47,188 bases of DNA from Candidatus Yanofskybacteria bacterium (lineage in GTDB: Bacteria; Patescibacteriota; Minisyncoccia; Minisyncoccales; UBA10102). This document shows, piece by piece, positions 46,659 to 47,188 of the stretch. The stretch is taken from contig JAUYJF010000038.1 of the NCBI GenBank assembly GCA_030688685.1, positions 1-47,188 of the forward strand, read 5' to 3'. A model generated the notes under the pieces. It did not search any database, was not told where the DNA came from, and saw only the letters and a list, made by a program, of their open reading frames with translations. Position 1 is the first letter of the stretch; every line of letters starts with the position of its first letter. Position numbers and translations under genes: made by a program.

Positions 46659-47081
46659 ATGAAGAAGCGTGTGTTCTTCTTTTTGCTTGGGTGCGCAGTC
46701 TTTGGTATTCCAGCAGTTGCCTTTGCTCAGCAAGGTTTAGTTCCGTGCGGAGGCCAGGGAAACCCATGCGAACTCATGGACATTTTTCGGCTCTTGAACA
46801 ATATCATCCGCTTCTTTCTGATCCCGGATCCCAACCTTAATGGCCGCTTTGCGATTGTTCCCCTCCTTGCCACCCTCTTTACCGTCATAGGAGGAGCTCA
46901 CCTGCTTTTAGGAGGAAACAACCCAGGACTTCTCCAGCGGGGAAATGAAATCTTGAAGGCAACAGTGATTGGCCTAGTCATTATCTATGGCGCCTGGCTC
47001 TTTATTGGAGCTCTTATGACGGGCCTGGGAGTTGCGGAATGGACCGGCTTGAGAACCTGGTTTGAAATCATACCAAAGTAG
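46659..47081 (+). CDS. TrbC/VirB2-like pilin
   Basis: Signal peptide, GLVPCGG..NPC disulfide loop, hydrophobic hairpin GGNNP...G.EILKATVIGLVIIYGAW; TTGCAC-17-TAGAAT promoter. Confidence 0.75.
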   Translation: MKKRVFFFLLGCAVFGIPAVAFAQQGLVPCGGQGNPCELMDIFRLLNNIIRFFLIPDPNLNGRFAIVPLLATLFTVIGGAHLLLGGNNPGLLQRGNEILKATVIGLVIIYGAWLFIGALMTGLGVAEWTGLRTWFEIIPK

Positions 47082-47103
47082 ACGCCAAATTAACGCTGAA
47101 AAC

Positions 47104-47188
47104 ATGGGTGCATCTAAGAACACTCTCAAGAAAAAGGCCAGCACACTCAGAAAAAAGGGGCTAAGCTATAACGAAATCCGCACGAAAG
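47104..47188 (+). CDS. Partial ORF, probable HTH-containing protein (truncated by the window end)
   Basis: MGASKNTLKKKASTLRKKGLSYNEIRTK; the LRKKGLSYNEI pattern resembles an HTH start. Confidence 0.45.
   Translation, partial: MGASKNTLKKKASTLRKKGLSYNEIRTK

Overview
A 47 kb chromosomal segment from a small-genome bacterium, most likely Patescibacteria/CPR (Parcubacteria-like). That placement is inferred from shortened ValS, IF2 and trigger factor, VirB2/TrbC-like pilins and the type IV pilus cluster. Housekeeping genes include tsaD, valS, gyrA, rpsA, ftsH, rplS, infB, rny, clpP, tig, nusA and cca. There are 19 tRNA genes, among them Ile(UAU), Arg(UCG) and a degenerate Val(UAC). The window also has an nrdR-nrdJ-pduO-membrane protein B12/ribonucleotide reductase operon whose nrdJ carries a 406-aa LAGLIDADG intein, a two-component system plus type IV pilus operon, and a small AT-rich island (Fic, HEPN-like and SGNH proteins) at tRNA-Ala(CGC). 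The most unexplained structure is at 25.2-26.05 kb, between tRNA-Arg(CCU) and tRNA-His. Two homologous, inversely oriented, ~270-330 nt multi-stem non-coding elements with compensatory base changes flank a 43-aa hyper-acidic ORF. Each element is built from two head-to-head copies of one core module. All calls were made by eye from motifs; no searches were run.
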